DNA from: Parasynechococcus marenigrum WH 8102
GTDB lineage: Bacteria; Cyanobacteriota; Cyanobacteriia; PCC-6307; Cyanobiaceae
Reading direction: 5' to 3'
DNA length: 32,000 nucleotides
NCBI RefSeq assembly: GCF_000195975.1
Contig: NC_005070.1
Location: forward strand, 2,402,429-2,434,428
Shown here: in pieces, positions 9,613-18,364 of the stretch
How positions within the stretch are numbered: the stretch's first letter is position 1
Layout of the letters: each line of letters begins with the position of its first letter
Program-made: the position numbers and the translations under genes
The notes under the pieces: model-generated
Databases searched by the model: none
What the model was told of the DNA's origin: nothing
What the model saw: the letters and a program-made list of their open reading frames with translations, nothing else

Positions 9613-9672
9613 CGCTGTCTTCCCCTGCACTGCATACGGTCCCGATGGTCACATCCACGTGCATCCAAACCC

Positions 9673-10683
9673 ATGCGTCGTTCCAACAGCTTTCGTGCCC
9701 TGGCGGCCATCGCCGGCCTGAGCGCCTCCATGGCTCTCACCTCCTGCTCCAGTGGTGGCAGCGGCGGCGGCGATGACAAGGTCACCGGAAAGCTCAACGG
9801 CGCTGGCGCCTCCTTCCCGGCAGCCATCTACCAGCGCTGGTTCCAGGAACTCCAGCCGGAGGGCGTCACGGTGAACTACCAATCCGTGGGATCCGGCGCT
9901 GGCGTGCGTCAGTTCATGGCCAACACCGTTGATTTCGGTGCATCGGACAAACCGATGAAGGAAGCCGAAATCGCCAAGGTGGAGCGAGGTGTGCTGCAGA
10001 TTCCGATGACGGCTGGAGCGATCGCTGTGGCCTACAACCTCGAAGGGTGTGACCTCAAGCTCACCACCGAGCAACTGGCAGGAATCTTCCTCGGCAAGAT
10101 CAAAAACTTCAGTGAACTGGGCTGCGCAGACCAGAAACTCACCGTGGTCCGTCGCTCCGATGGTTCCGGCACCACCTACAACTTCACCAAGCACCTGTCC
10201 GCCATCAGCGAAGAGTGGAAGAACGGCCCCGGCGCCGCTAAATCCATCAAGTGGCCCACCGGTGTTGGCTCGAAAGGCAATGAGGGTGTGGCGGCCCAGC
10301 TGAATCAGATCCCAGGTGGTGTGGGCTATGTGGAAGCCGCCTACGTAAAAGGCAAGCTCCAGGCTGCAGCCGTTACCAACGCCTCAGGCGAACAGGTGAA
10401 GCCCACCAACGAAACCGAGAGCACTGCCCTCGACTCCATCGACATCGGCCCCGACCTCATCGGTGGCAACCCCAACCCCCCTGCGGGCTACCCGATCGTG
10501 ACCTTCACCTGGGTGCTGGCCTACGAAACGGGCAATGGCGACAAGACCGCTGCTCTGAAGAAGACCCTCGAGTTCATGCTCTCCGAAAAAGCCCAATCCC
10601 AGGCTCCCGAGCTGGGCTACGTCAGCCTGCCGACGGGTGTGGTGGAGAAGTCCCTGGCTGCGGTCGAAAAGATCAGCGAATGA
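9673..10683 (+). CDS. pstS: phosphate ABC transporter substrate-binding lipoprotein PstS
   Basis: Lipobox LTSC in the signal peptide. PstS signature GAGASFPAAIYQRWF, plus VVRRSDGSGTTYNFT. 336 aa. Confidence 0.92.
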   Translation: MRRSNSFRALAAIAGLSASMALTSCSSGGSGGGDDKVTGKLNGAGASFPAAIYQRWFQELQPEGVTVNYQSVGSGAGVRQFMANTVDFGASDKPMKEAEIAKVERGVLQIPMTAGAIAVAYNLEGCDLKLTTEQLAGIFLGKIKNFSELGCADQKLTVVRRSDGSGTTYNFTKHLSAISEEWKNGPGAAKSIKWPTGVGSKGNEGVAAQLNQIPGGVGYVEAAYVKGKLQAAAVTNASGEQVKPTNETESTALDSIDIGPDLIGGNPNPPAGYPIVTFTWVLAYETGNGDKTAALKKTLEFMLSEKAQSQAPELGYVSLPTGVVEKSLAAVEKISE

Positions 10684-10709
10684 TCGTGATCTGATCCTTT
10701 CCACAACAC

Positions 10710-10739
10710 AAAAAAGGGGCCCGTATGGGCCCCTTTTTT
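10710..10739. terminator. bidirectional rho-independent terminator between convergent pstS and dnaK
   Basis: AAAAAA-GGGGCCC-gtat-GGGCCCC-TTTTTT. A perfect 7-bp GC stem (10716..10722 / 10727..10733) with a 4-nt loop, flanked by an A6 tract on one side and a T6 tract on the other. Confidence 0.9.
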
Positions 10740-10760
10740 GATGGCTATCGGATCAAGCGA

Positions 10761-12674
10761 TCACTTGGTTTCCGTGAACTCCGCGTCGATGACGTCATCG
10801 CTGGCGTCACCACCGCCGGAGGCCGCGCTTGCTCCAGCGTCGCCACCGGGAGCTGCACCACCAGCAGCAGCACCCTCCTGCTGATAAACGGAGGCACCCA
10901 CGGTGTAGAGCTCCTGCTGCAATTCCTCCAGCAGGGTCTTCATCGCGTCGTAGTCCTCAGCGTTGATGGCCTCCTGAAGCTTCGTGCGCTTCTCGTCGAC
11001 CTTGGCCTTGGCATCAGCCTCGACCTTGTCGCCGAGTTCGCCCATCTGCTTTTCAGCCTGATAAACAAGGGTTTCGGCCTGGTTCTTCAGGTCGATCTTT
11101 TCGCGCTTCTCCTTGTCGGCGCTGGCGTTGGCCTCAGCGTCCTTCACCATCTTGTCCACCTCGGAATCCGAGAGGGTCGACGCACCGGTGATCGAGATCG
11201 ACTGCTCCTTGCCGCTGCCCTTGTCCTTGGCGGTGACGCTCAGGATGCCGTTGGCGTCGATGTCGAAGGTCACCTCGATCTGAGGCACACCCCGGGGAGC
11301 CGGAGGAATGCCATCGAGACGGAAGGTTCCCAGGGACTTGTTGTCGGAGGCCATCTCGCGCTCACCCTGGAGCACGTGAATCTCCACGTTCGTCTGACCA
11401 TCCACCGCCGTGGAGTAGGTCTCGGTTTTCTTGGTGGGAACCGTGGTGTTGCGGGTGATCATCTTGGTCATCACACCACCGAGGGTCTCGACACCCAGGG
11501 ACAGCGGTGTGACGTCGAGCAGCAGGATGTCTTTGACCTCACCGGCCAGCACACCGCCCTGAATGGCGGCGCCGACGGCCACCACCTCGTCGGGGTTGAC
11601 GGTCTGGTTGGGGTCCTTGCTGGTGGTGCGCTTCACCAGCTCCAGCACGGCCGGGATACGGGTGGAACCACCCACCATCACGATCTCGTCCAGCTCACTG
11701 GAGGAGAGCTTGGCGTCCTTGAGCGCCTGCTCCACAGGGATGCGGCAGCGGTCGATCAGGTTGGCGGCCAACTCCTCGAACTTGGCGCGGGTGAGGGTGA
11801 GGTCCAGATGCTTGGGACCCTCGGGCGTTGCCGTGATGAACGGCAGGTTGATCTCACTCTGCGTGGCGCTGGACAGCTCGATCTTGGCCTTTTCGGCCGC
11901 CTCAGTCAGACGCTGCAGAGCCTGCTTGTCCTGACGCAGGTCAATGCCTTCGTTCGACTTGAAGGTCTCAGCCAAGTGATCGACGATCACTTTGTCGAAG
12001 TCATCGCCACCCAGGTGCGTATCACCGGAGGTGGAGAGCACCTCAAATACTCCGTCACCCACCTCGAGCACAGACACGTCGAAGGTGCCGCCGCCCAGAT
12101 CGAAAACAAGGATGCGCTCGTTGCTCTTCTTGTCGAGGCCATAGGCCAGAGCCGCCGCGGTGGGCTCGTTGATGATCCGCAGCACCTCGAGGCCGGCGAT
12201 CTTGCCGGCGTCCTTGGTGGCCTGACGCTGGGAATCGTTGAAGTAGGCGGGAACAGTGATCACCGCCTGGGTGACGGTCTCACCGAGATATTTACCGGCG
12301 TCCTCGGCCAGCTTGCGTAGCACCTGGGCGGAAACTTCCTCAGGAGCGAATTGCTTGTCGAGAACCGGGCACTTCACCTTCACGTTGGAGCCGGCCTTCT
12401 CGACGCCGTAGCTCACTTCCTTGGATTCCTCGTTCACCTCATCAACACGACGGCCGATGAAGCGCTTGACGGAATAAAAGGTGTTGTCCGGATTCATCAC
12501 CGCCTGACGCTTGGCGATCTGACCGACCAACTGGTCCTGGTTCTTGGTGTAAGCCACGACGGAGGGCGTGGTCCGGAAACCCTCGGCGTTCGCGATGACG
12601 GTGGGTTTGCCACCTTCCATCACGGACACGCAACTGTTCGTGGTGCCAAGGTCAATGCCGACAACCTTGCCCAT
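10761..12674 (-). CDS. dnaK: molecular chaperone DnaK (Hsp70)
   Basis: 637 aa. [45 protein letters not shown] lies 9 nt upstream of the ATG on the minus strand. Confidence 0.97.
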   Translation of the reverse strand: MGKVVGIDLGTTNSCVSVMEGGKPTVIANAEGFRTTPSVVAYTKNQDQLVGQIAKRQAVMNPDNTFYSVKRFIGRRVDEVNEESKEVSYGVEKAGSNVKVKCPVLDKQFAPEEVSAQVLRKLAEDAGKYLGETVTQAVITVPAYFNDSQRQATKDAGKIAGLEVLRIINEPTAAALAYGLDKKSNERILVFDLGGGTFDVSVLEVGDGVFEVLSTSGDTHLGGDDFDKVIVDHLAETFKSNEGIDLRQDKQALQRLTEAAEKAKIELSSATQSEINLPFITATPEGPKHLDLTLTRAKFEELAANLIDRCRIPVEQALKDAKLSSSELDEIVMVGGSTRIPAVLELVKRTTSKDPNQTVNPDEVVAVGAAIQGGVLAGEVKDILLLDVTPLSLGVETLGGVMTKMITRNTTVPTKKTETYSTAVDGQTNVEIHVLQGEREMASDNKSLGTFRLDGIPPAPRGVPQIEVTFDIDANGILSVTAKDKGSGKEQSISITGASTLSDSEVDKMVKDAEANASADKEKREKIDLKNQAETLVYQAEKQMGELGDKVEADAKAKVDEKRTKLQEAINAEDYDAMKTLLEELQQELYTVGASVYQQEGAAAGGAAPGGDAGASAASGGGDASDDVIDAEFTETK

Positions 12675-12789
12675 CGGTGGCCACCTCCTGAAGGGATGAA
12701 CGAAACCTCGTCATCTTCATCAGGGGACCCTGCCCCAGGCGAGGTGTGGTTCCCGAACAGGCAGGCTGGGCGGGCATTCCGACGAGGCC

Positions 12790-13659
12790 ATGATCAACGG
12801 CAGCACTGGTTTGGTGGGGCTGCTCGGCAACCCGGTGCAGCACTCGCTCTCTCCTGCGATGCAGAACGCGGCACTGCAGGCGCTGGGACTGAACTGGCGT
12901 TACCTGGCACTGCCCTGTGAGGAGAACGCTCTCCCTCAAGTGATGGAGGGGCTCAGGGCGGTGGGCTGCCATGGCCTGAATGTGACCATCCCCCACAAAC
13001 AGGCGGTGACCAGCCTCTGCAGCCAACTCAGCACAGCTGCCCGTCGGCTTCAGGCGGTCAACACGCTGATCCCCGATGGTGAGAATGGCTGGTGCGGCAC
13101 CAACACAGATGTGGAGGGGTTTTTGGCACCCCTCGGCGGCAGCGAACGCTGGAGAGATCAACGGGCCGTGGTGCTCGGCTGCGGCGGTTCCGCCCGAGCT
13201 GTGGTGGCTGGTTTACAGACCCTTGGCTTGGCATCGATTCAGGTGATCGGACGACGTCCGAAGGCGCTGTTGAACTTCATTGCTGACCTGCAGCTGGAGG
13301 ACGCCCCTCTGAGCAGCTGCCTCGAAACAGATCCCGCCGCGGCTGATCTTCTGGCCACAGCTGATCTGGTGGTGAACACAACGCCGGTGGGCATGGCCCT
13401 GCACGGCGACGCCTCCGCCATGCCCCTGGGCTCTGATCTCTGGGACAGGCTTGCGAAGCAGGCCACCCTTTATGACCTGATTTACACCCCACGTCCCACC
13501 GCCTGGCTGCGTTGGGGTCAGGGGCGGGGGCACCGTTGCATCGATGGGCTGGAAATGCTGGTCCAGCAGGGCGCCGCATCTCTGAGACTTTGGAGCGGCT
13601 TCAATGACGTTCCCGTGGACACCATGCGCCACGCGGCTGAAACCGCTTTAAGCCATTAG
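12790..13659 (+). CDS. aroE: shikimate dehydrogenase
   Basis: 289 aa. GLLGNPVQHSLSPAMQNAA, NVTIPHKQAV, and NADP-binding GCGGSARAV. Confidence 0.92.
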   Translation: MINGSTGLVGLLGNPVQHSLSPAMQNAALQALGLNWRYLALPCEENALPQVMEGLRAVGCHGLNVTIPHKQAVTSLCSQLSTAARRLQAVNTLIPDGENGWCGTNTDVEGFLAPLGGSERWRDQRAVVLGCGGSARAVVAGLQTLGLASIQVIGRRPKALLNFIADLQLEDAPLSSCLETDPAAADLLATADLVVNTTPVGMALHGDASAMPLGSDLWDRLAKQATLYDLIYTPRPTAWLRWGQGRGHRCIDGLEMLVQQGAASLRLWSGFNDVPVDTMRHAAETALSH

Positions 13660-13685
13660 CGTCAGCGAATTCATCAGGGCCGACG

Positions 13686-14168
13686 ATGGAACCCCCCCTC
13701 TGGCAGCGACTGGTCGCGCCATTGATGTATCTCCTGCCCTGGAGTGATGCCATTCCGCTTGGATTCGGCCCCGACGGACTGTTTCTTCAGTATCCAGTCC
13801 TGCGACCGTTGGTTTTACCTGCATTGCCGCTGATGCAGCTGGAGCGAAGCATTCCCTTCGGTCTCGGGGGCCTTTTGCTGTTCTTCGTGCTGTTCCTCGC
13901 CGTGGTGCGGAATCCAAACGTCCCTTATTTCCTGCGATTCAACGCCCTGCAGGCACTGCTCACCGACATCGCGCTGATCGTGTTGAGCATCGGCTTCCGC
14001 CTGTTGCTGCAACCCATCGCAGCAGGCAGCCTGCTGCTGGGCACCCTGTCCAGCGCCGTGGTCGTTGCCGTTCTGGCCATCCTGCTCTTCTCGCTCGTGG
14101 AATGCCTGCGCGGCCGCGAACCTGATCTGCCCGGCATCAGCCAGGCTGTTCGCATGCAGCTCTATTGA
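13686..14168 (+). CDS. Tic20-family membrane protein (cyanobacterial Tic20 homologue)
   Basis: 160 aa with 4 predicted TM segments. Pattern [16 protein letters not shown] ... [28 protein letters not shown] is typical of Tic20-like proteins (family recognition from memory). Confidence 0.7.
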   Translation: MEPPLWQRLVAPLMYLLPWSDAIPLGFGPDGLFLQYPVLRPLVLPALPLMQLERSIPFGLGGLLLFFVLFLAVVRNPNVPYFLRFNALQALLTDIALIVLSIGFRLLLQPIAAGSLLLGTLSSAVVVAVLAILLFSLVECLRGREPDLPGISQAVRMQLY

Positions 14169-14244
14169 TCCAGGAGGTCCGGGGGATAAGGTGTTGGATC
14201 CGTCGCTCACCACGGTGAGCCTGAAGTCCCCGTCGGCACAGCCC

Positions 14245-14628
14245 ATGACGCTCGATCCGTACTACGAAACCATGTACATCCTTCGTCCGGATATTCCGGA
14301 GGAGGAGGTTGAGAGCCATCTCACCAAATACCGCGACATGCTGGTCGAAGCTGGCGCGGATGTTCTGGATAATCAGATGCGCGGGAAGCGCCGCCTGGCC
14401 TATCCGATCGACAAGCACAAGGAAGGCATCTACGTGCAACTGAGCCATAACGGCGATGGCCAGCAGGTGGCCGTGCTGGAGAAAGCGATGCGCCTCAGTG
14501 AAGACGTGATCCGTTACCTCACCGTGAAGCAGGAAGGCCCACTTCCCGCCCCACGCGTCGTACCGGGCAGTGAGCCCGCTGCTGCTCCTCAGGAGCAGCC
14601 CGCTGCCAACTCAGAAGCCGCGTCCTGA
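14245..14628 (+). CDS. rpsF: 30S ribosomal protein S6
   Basis: Start placed at ATG 14245 ([22 protein letters not shown]), 127 aa with an acidic/Pro-Ala tail. The ORF-track 5' extension (14065..14244) overlaps the Tic20-like gene and is rejected. Confidence 0.9.
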   Translation: MTLDPYYETMYILRPDIPEEEVESHLTKYRDMLVEAGADVLDNQMRGKRRLAYPIDKHKEGIYVQLSHNGDGQQVAVLEKAMRLSEDVIRYLTVKQEGPLPAPRVVPGSEPAAAPQEQPAANSEAAS

Positions 14629-14639
14629 CACGGTTGTGC

Positions 14640-14675
14640 GGGTCATGGACCGGCGATAGCGTCGGTCCATGACCC
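14640..14675 (+). other. 36-nt stem-loop (16-bp stem with one G-U pair, AUAG loop) in the rpsF 3' region, covering ATG 14669
   Basis: gggtcatggaccggcg (14640..14655) pairs position by position with cgtcggtccatgaccc (14660..14675). I checked every pair by hand. No U-tract follows on either strand. Confidence 0.7.
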
Positions 14676-15037
14676 ATGACGCCAACCAGCATCAAGCTCC
14701 GATGCCTCGCTGGATGCCGCAGGCGCCTCGCTCAACAGAGCATCAACTGCTGCAACAACGCATTGATGAACTGGAAGAGCAGATCAAGGCCTATGAACAA
14801 CTACTGGATGAACTACCCGAGTTGTTCGAGCGCAAATTCCAACAACGGCTCCAGCCGTTGATCGATCGCTGTCAACTGCTGAGTCACCAGTTGGACTCCT
14901 CCACAAAAAACTCGATTCATCCCGCTCTGCTCCAATCAGAAGAGCAGAGCGGGATTTCGTCTCACAACAATCTGATGCGACTTCCCCGGTTGCGCTTGCC
15001 GAAACTTCCTGGGTTCGGCAAGTGGCGGTCAGCCTGA
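14669..15037 (+). CDS. hypothetical coiled-coil protein
   Basis: 122-aa ORF. The central heptad-like segment [47 protein letters not shown] looks like real protein. I recognise no family. G+C is lower than in the neighbours. Alternative starts are ATG 14702 and ATG 14714. The 3' end overlaps argG by 9 nt (convergent). Confidence 0.55.
   Translation: MTHDANQHQAPMPRWMPQAPRSTEHQLLQQRIDELEEQIKAYEQLLDELPELFERKFQQRLQPLIDRCQLLSHQLDSSTKNSIHPALLQSEEQSGISSHNNLMRLPRLRLPKLPGFGKWRSA
14919..14955 (-). terminator. perfect 14-bp inverted repeat (9-nt loop), candidate argG 3' stem-loop or terminator embedded in the convergent hypothetical ORF
   Basis: atcccgctctgctc (14919..14932) and gagcagagcgggat (14942..14955) are exact reverse complements. 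On the minus strand a T6 run (14910..14905) follows after 8 nt. On the plus strand the stem is followed by uucgucuc. Confidence 0.4.
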
Positions 15038-16240
15038 TGTCCGTTGGGAAGCAGCCCAGAGACGGGTTGGCAATCCCCAGACGTAGATGAATCCCTCAGC
15101 GGCGCGATGGTCGAAGGCGTCTTCACTGCCGTAGGACGCCATCGCAGGCACATACAGGCTGCTCTGGGTTGAACCGCGGCCGATGACCGTGGCATTGCCC
15201 TTGTACAGACGCAGGCGCACGACGCCGTTGACATGCTGCTGGGTCCGGTCCATGAAACCGTCCAATGCATCCTTCAGCGGCCCGAACCACAGCCCCTGAT
15301 ACACCAGGTCAGCCCACTGCATCTCCAGCTGACGTTTGCTGCGCAGAACATCCGCGGCCAACGTCAAACTCTCCAGTTCCTGATGGGCCTGAATCAACAG
15401 CAGCAAGCCCGGTGTTTCGTAGATCTCCCTGGATTTAATCCCCACCACCCGGTTCTCGATCATGTCGAGACGGCCGATGCCGTGACTGCCCGCCAGACGG
15501 TTGGCTTCGCGGATCATCGCCACCGGATCCAGAACCTGGCCATTGATGGCGACGGGGTTGCCGGCTTCGAAGGCAATCTCGATCTCCTCCGCCGCATCAG
15601 GCGTATCCGACATCGGTGAGGTCATGGCGAACACCTCCTCCGGAGGCGCCACCATCGGATCTTCAAGCGGTCCCGCCTCGATGCTGCGACCCAGAAGGTT
15701 GAGATCGATCGAGTAGGGCGACTTCTTGCTCACCGGCGCCGGGATTCCGCAGCGCTCGCCATAGGCAATGGTCTCCTCACGGCTCATCCCCCACTCCCTC
15801 GCGGGGGTCAGCACCTTCAGATCGGGAGCAAGAGCAGCAATCGCCACATCGAAGCGCACCTGGTCGTTGCCCTTGCCAGTGCAGCCATGGGCCACTGCAT
15901 CAGCACCCACCTCACGGGCCACCTCCACCAATCGGCGAGCGATCAACGGCCGCGCCAATGCTGTGGAGAGGGGGTAGCGCCCCTCGTACAGCGCGTTAGC
16001 GCGGATGGCAGGGAAGGCGAACTCTTCGATGAAGGGCTGAATCAGATCCCCCACCAACGACTGACTTGCGCCCGCATCCAGGGCCTTTTGACGAATCGGT
16101 TCCAGCTCATCGCCCTGGCCGAGATCAGCGGCGAAGGTGATGACCTCTTCAACACCCCATTCCTGCTTCAAATAGGGAATGCAGACGCTGGTATCCACCC
16201 CGCCGGAGTAGGCGAGAACCACCTTGTTGGCGCGGCCCAT
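15029..16240 (-). CDS. argG: argininosuccinate synthase
   Basis: [13 protein letters not shown] (ATP pyrophosphatase motif) and [14 protein letters not shown]. The track start 16243 is TTG followed directly by ATG 16240, and I take the ATG (403 aa). Confidence 0.95.
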   Translation of the reverse strand: MGRANKVVLAYSGGVDTSVCIPYLKQEWGVEEVITFAADLGQGDELEPIRQKALDAGASQSLVGDLIQPFIEEFAFPAIRANALYEGRYPLSTALARPLIARRLVEVAREVGADAVAHGCTGKGNDQVRFDVAIAALAPDLKVLTPAREWGMSREETIAYGERCGIPAPVSKKSPYSIDLNLLGRSIEAGPLEDPMVAPPEEVFAMTSPMSDTPDAAEEIEIAFEAGNPVAINGQVLDPVAMIREANRLAGSHGIGRLDMIENRVVGIKSREIYETPGLLLLIQAHQELESLTLAADVLRSKRQLEMQWADLVYQGLWFGPLKDALDGFMDRTQQHVNGVVRLRLYKGNATVIGRGSTQSSLYVPAMASYGSEDAFDHRAAEGFIYVWGLPTRLWAASQRTSG

Positions 16241-16491
16241 CAACGGGTCTCCTGATCAGAATCGATTGATTCTCCCCCTTCACCGGCCCCGGGCCGTGCT
16301 GCCGACAGCAGCACCCACCCCGCCATCAGCAACGCCGGCAGCAGCACGATGGTCAAAACAACAGCCCAGGGCGCCTGCAGCGGAGCTGGATGCTGATCAC
16401 CCCAGAAGCGCAGACCCCAGCTGATCAGCAACGCCGAACCCCAGCTGAGCAACAGCACCACGGCATCACGCATGGTAGTCATCAAGGGCAT
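16240..16491 (-). CDS. small hypothetical membrane protein (2 predicted TM helices)
   Basis: 83-aa ORF. Its TGA shares one nucleotide with the argG ATG (TGATG at 16242..16238, minus strand), implying coupling with argG. Hydrophobic segments are [18 protein letters not shown] and [20 protein letters not shown]. Alternative starts are ATG 16482 and ATG 16473. Confidence 0.5.
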   Translation of the reverse strand: MPLMTTMRDAVVLLLSWGSALLISWGLRFWGDQHPAPLQAPWAVVLTIVLLPALLMAGWVLLSAARPGAGEGGESIDSDQETR

Positions 16492-16526
16492 GCACTATGT
16501 TGATGGATTGGACTGTCTCCTCAAGG

Positions 16527-16778
16527 ATGAGCGCTCTCGACAGCATCAACCCCTCCCTGACGCGCTACGGACGCAGGGATCCGGCCCCGGTGCTGCCCCT
16601 GCGTGAGGAGCCTGATCTGCTGAGCTGGCTCGAGGCCAGCGGCCGGCTGGTGGCTGATGAAGAATCCGGTTCTCCCGAAGTGAGCACGGTTGAAGAGGAG
16701 GAGCTCTCAGCACTGATGGGTGAGAAGGAGGATTACAACAACGCTGACGAGCAGAACGAGGAGCAGTGGGAGGACTGA
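16527..16778 (+). CDS. small acidic cyanobacterial protein, DUF3134-like
   Basis: The ORF opens at ATG 16497. I prefer ATG 16527 (MSALDSINPSLTRYGRRDPAPVLPLREEPDLLSWLEASGRLVA followed by an E/D-rich tail). This matches my recollection of the DUF3134 pattern NPSL..(x)..ViPl..E.sLL.WLe..GRL plus acidic tail. Confidence 0.6.
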   Translation: MSALDSINPSLTRYGRRDPAPVLPLREEPDLLSWLEASGRLVADEESGSPEVSTVEEEELSALMGEKEDYNNADEQNEEQWED

Positions 16779-16846
16779 GGTCCGATCGTTGTCTGGTCGC
16801 TTTCGAACAGCTCCTCTAAGGTCCCAGCGCACCGGCCACCTCAGTC

Positions 16847-17953
16847 GTGACTGACATCAGCAACCGTCCTCGCACCTGGTGGGAGAACGGCACTGTCAGT
16901 GCTTCACTCCTGGCTGTTGCGGTTCTGGCAGGCAGCCTCGCCTCCGATAAGTGGGTGCCGAACAGTCAGCTGACGCTGCCTCTGCTGATCTCCACCTCCG
17001 TGGCCGCACTGGTGGCCGCGGCAGGAATCCCGCGGCTCAAAGCCCTGAAGATGGGCCAGGTGATTCGGGTTGAAGGACCTCAAGCCCATCAGTCCAAGGC
17101 AGGCACCCCCACGATGGGGGGGCTGTTGGTGGTGCCCGTGGGCACGATCGTTGGCGGGCTGATCAGCCTGGAGGGCACAGAAGCTCAGCAGCTGCTTGCT
17201 GTTTCCGCCATCACCCTGGGCTACATGGTGATCGGTGGTTTTGATGATTGGCGCAGCCTCACACGCCAAACCAACACCGGCCTCACACCTCGCGGCAAGT
17301 TATTGCTGCAAAGCCTGATGGGGGTTCTCTTCCTCGCCGTGGCGGCATGGCAGGGCTGGATCAGCAGCAGCGTGTCCCTGCCCTTCGGTTGGACCCTGCC
17401 GCTCGGTTGGCTGATCTGGCCCCTGGGGCTGTTTGTGTTCCTGGCCGAAAGCAATGCCACTAACCTCACCGATGGACTGGATGGGCTGGCCAGCGGTTGC
17501 GGCGCTTTGGTGTTCCTGGGAATGGCTGTGCAGTTGATGCTCAGGGGACACACCGGTGATCCAGCACTGGCGGGCTTCTGCATGACCATGGCCGGCGCCT
17601 GGCTCGGCTTCCTGATGCATAACCGCCACCCGGCGCGAGCATTCATGGGGGACACTGGCTCCCTCGCCATGGGAGCTGCCCTCAGCGGTGTGGCCCTGCT
17701 GTCGGACAGTCTTTGGCCTCTGCTGGTGATGGGCGGGGTCTTCCTGGCGGAGTCCCTGTCAGTGATCATTCAGGTGTGGGTGTTCAAGACCACCAAAGGA
17801 CCGGACGGTCAAGGGCGACGCGTATTCCGGATGGCCCCCCTACACCATCACTTCGAACTGGGGGGCACCAGCGAACGCACAGTGGTGCCATGCTTCTGGC
17901 TCGCCACGGCCGGCTTCGTGCTGCTGGGGCTACTGCTTCGACCGACCATCTGA
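16847..17953 (+). CDS. mraY: phospho-N-acetylmuramoyl-pentapeptide transferase
   Basis: GTG start, 368 aa polytopic protein. [35 protein letters not shown]. Confidence 0.95.
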
Positions 17954-17957
17954 GCCC

Positions 17958-18206
17958 ATGACTTACTTCACATGGCGGGAATCCGGTCTCACCACGGACT
18001 GCGCCAGCCTGGAGGCGATGGCGGCACGGTTTGAGGAGTCCGCCAGCCTGATGCGACGCATGGCGGAGGAGGGGTTCCGCCTCGAGCGCGATGGCGACCA
18101 ACAACGGATCACCCATCCCGATCCCTCGGTGTTCGAAGCCTGGGGATTCGTCAGTGAAGAATCTCCTGTTCGCCAGCTCACACTGATCCCGGATCTGGAC
18201 ACCTGA
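17958..18206 (+). CDS. hypothetical soluble protein (82 aa)
   Basis: It starts 4 nt after the mraY stop, and its stop shares one nucleotide with the next ATG. The composition is protein-like (MTYFTWRESGLTTDCASLEAMAARFEESASLMRRMAEEGFRLERDG...), unlike the R/S-rich antisense ORF 17963..18202. Confidence 0.6.
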   Translation: MTYFTWRESGLTTDCASLEAMAARFEESASLMRRMAEEGFRLERDGDQQRITHPDPSVFEAWGFVSEESPVRQLTLIPDLDT

Positions 18207-18364
18207 TGGACGACCTGCTCACCAAAACAGCAGACCTGCTCTCCGCTGCCGCCGCTGATCCAGACCGTGTGCTGCGCTGGGTGTTGATTTACTTCGGCAT
18301 CTCATCCCTGGGCTTCATCGCCGTCTGGTTGATTGGTGAGATCCGCCGTCAAAGCGGCCAATGA
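18206..18364 (+). CDS. 52-aa single-pass membrane micro-ORF (absent from the ORF track)
   Basis: Hand translation gives MDDLLTKTADLLSAAAADPDRVLRWVLIYFGISSLGFIAVWLIGEIRRQSGQ*. The ATG overlaps the upstream TGA (TGATG at 18204..18208). The TGA overlaps the purT ATG (ATGA at 18361..18364). Confidence 0.5.
   Translation: MDDLLTKTADLLSAAAADPDRVLRWVLIYFGISSLGFIAVWLIGEIRRQSGQ

Noticed and set aside
9613-9672. Search for a Pho box (tandem 8-bp PyTTAAPyPy(T/A)-type repeats) upstream of pstS
   Set aside because: No TTAA-containing tandem repeats occur in the 60-nt gap. This pstS copy may be constitutive or co-transcribed with thiO. I cannot support a regulatory site.
10725-12320. 531-aa ORF on the plus strand, antisense to dnaK
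   Set aside because: It is fully contained in the antisense of a highly conserved Hsp70 gene. Long open antisense frames in hsp70/dnaK are a well-known compositional artefact and were once mis-described as NAD-GDH. The peptide is a low-complexity G/L/V/D/H-rich sequence.
14205-14220. 6-bp hairpin GCTCAC-cacg-GTGAGC in the rpsF leader, as a possible S6 autoregulatory structure
   Set aside because: It is short and unremarkable. I cannot match it from memory to the known S6:S18 leader motif.
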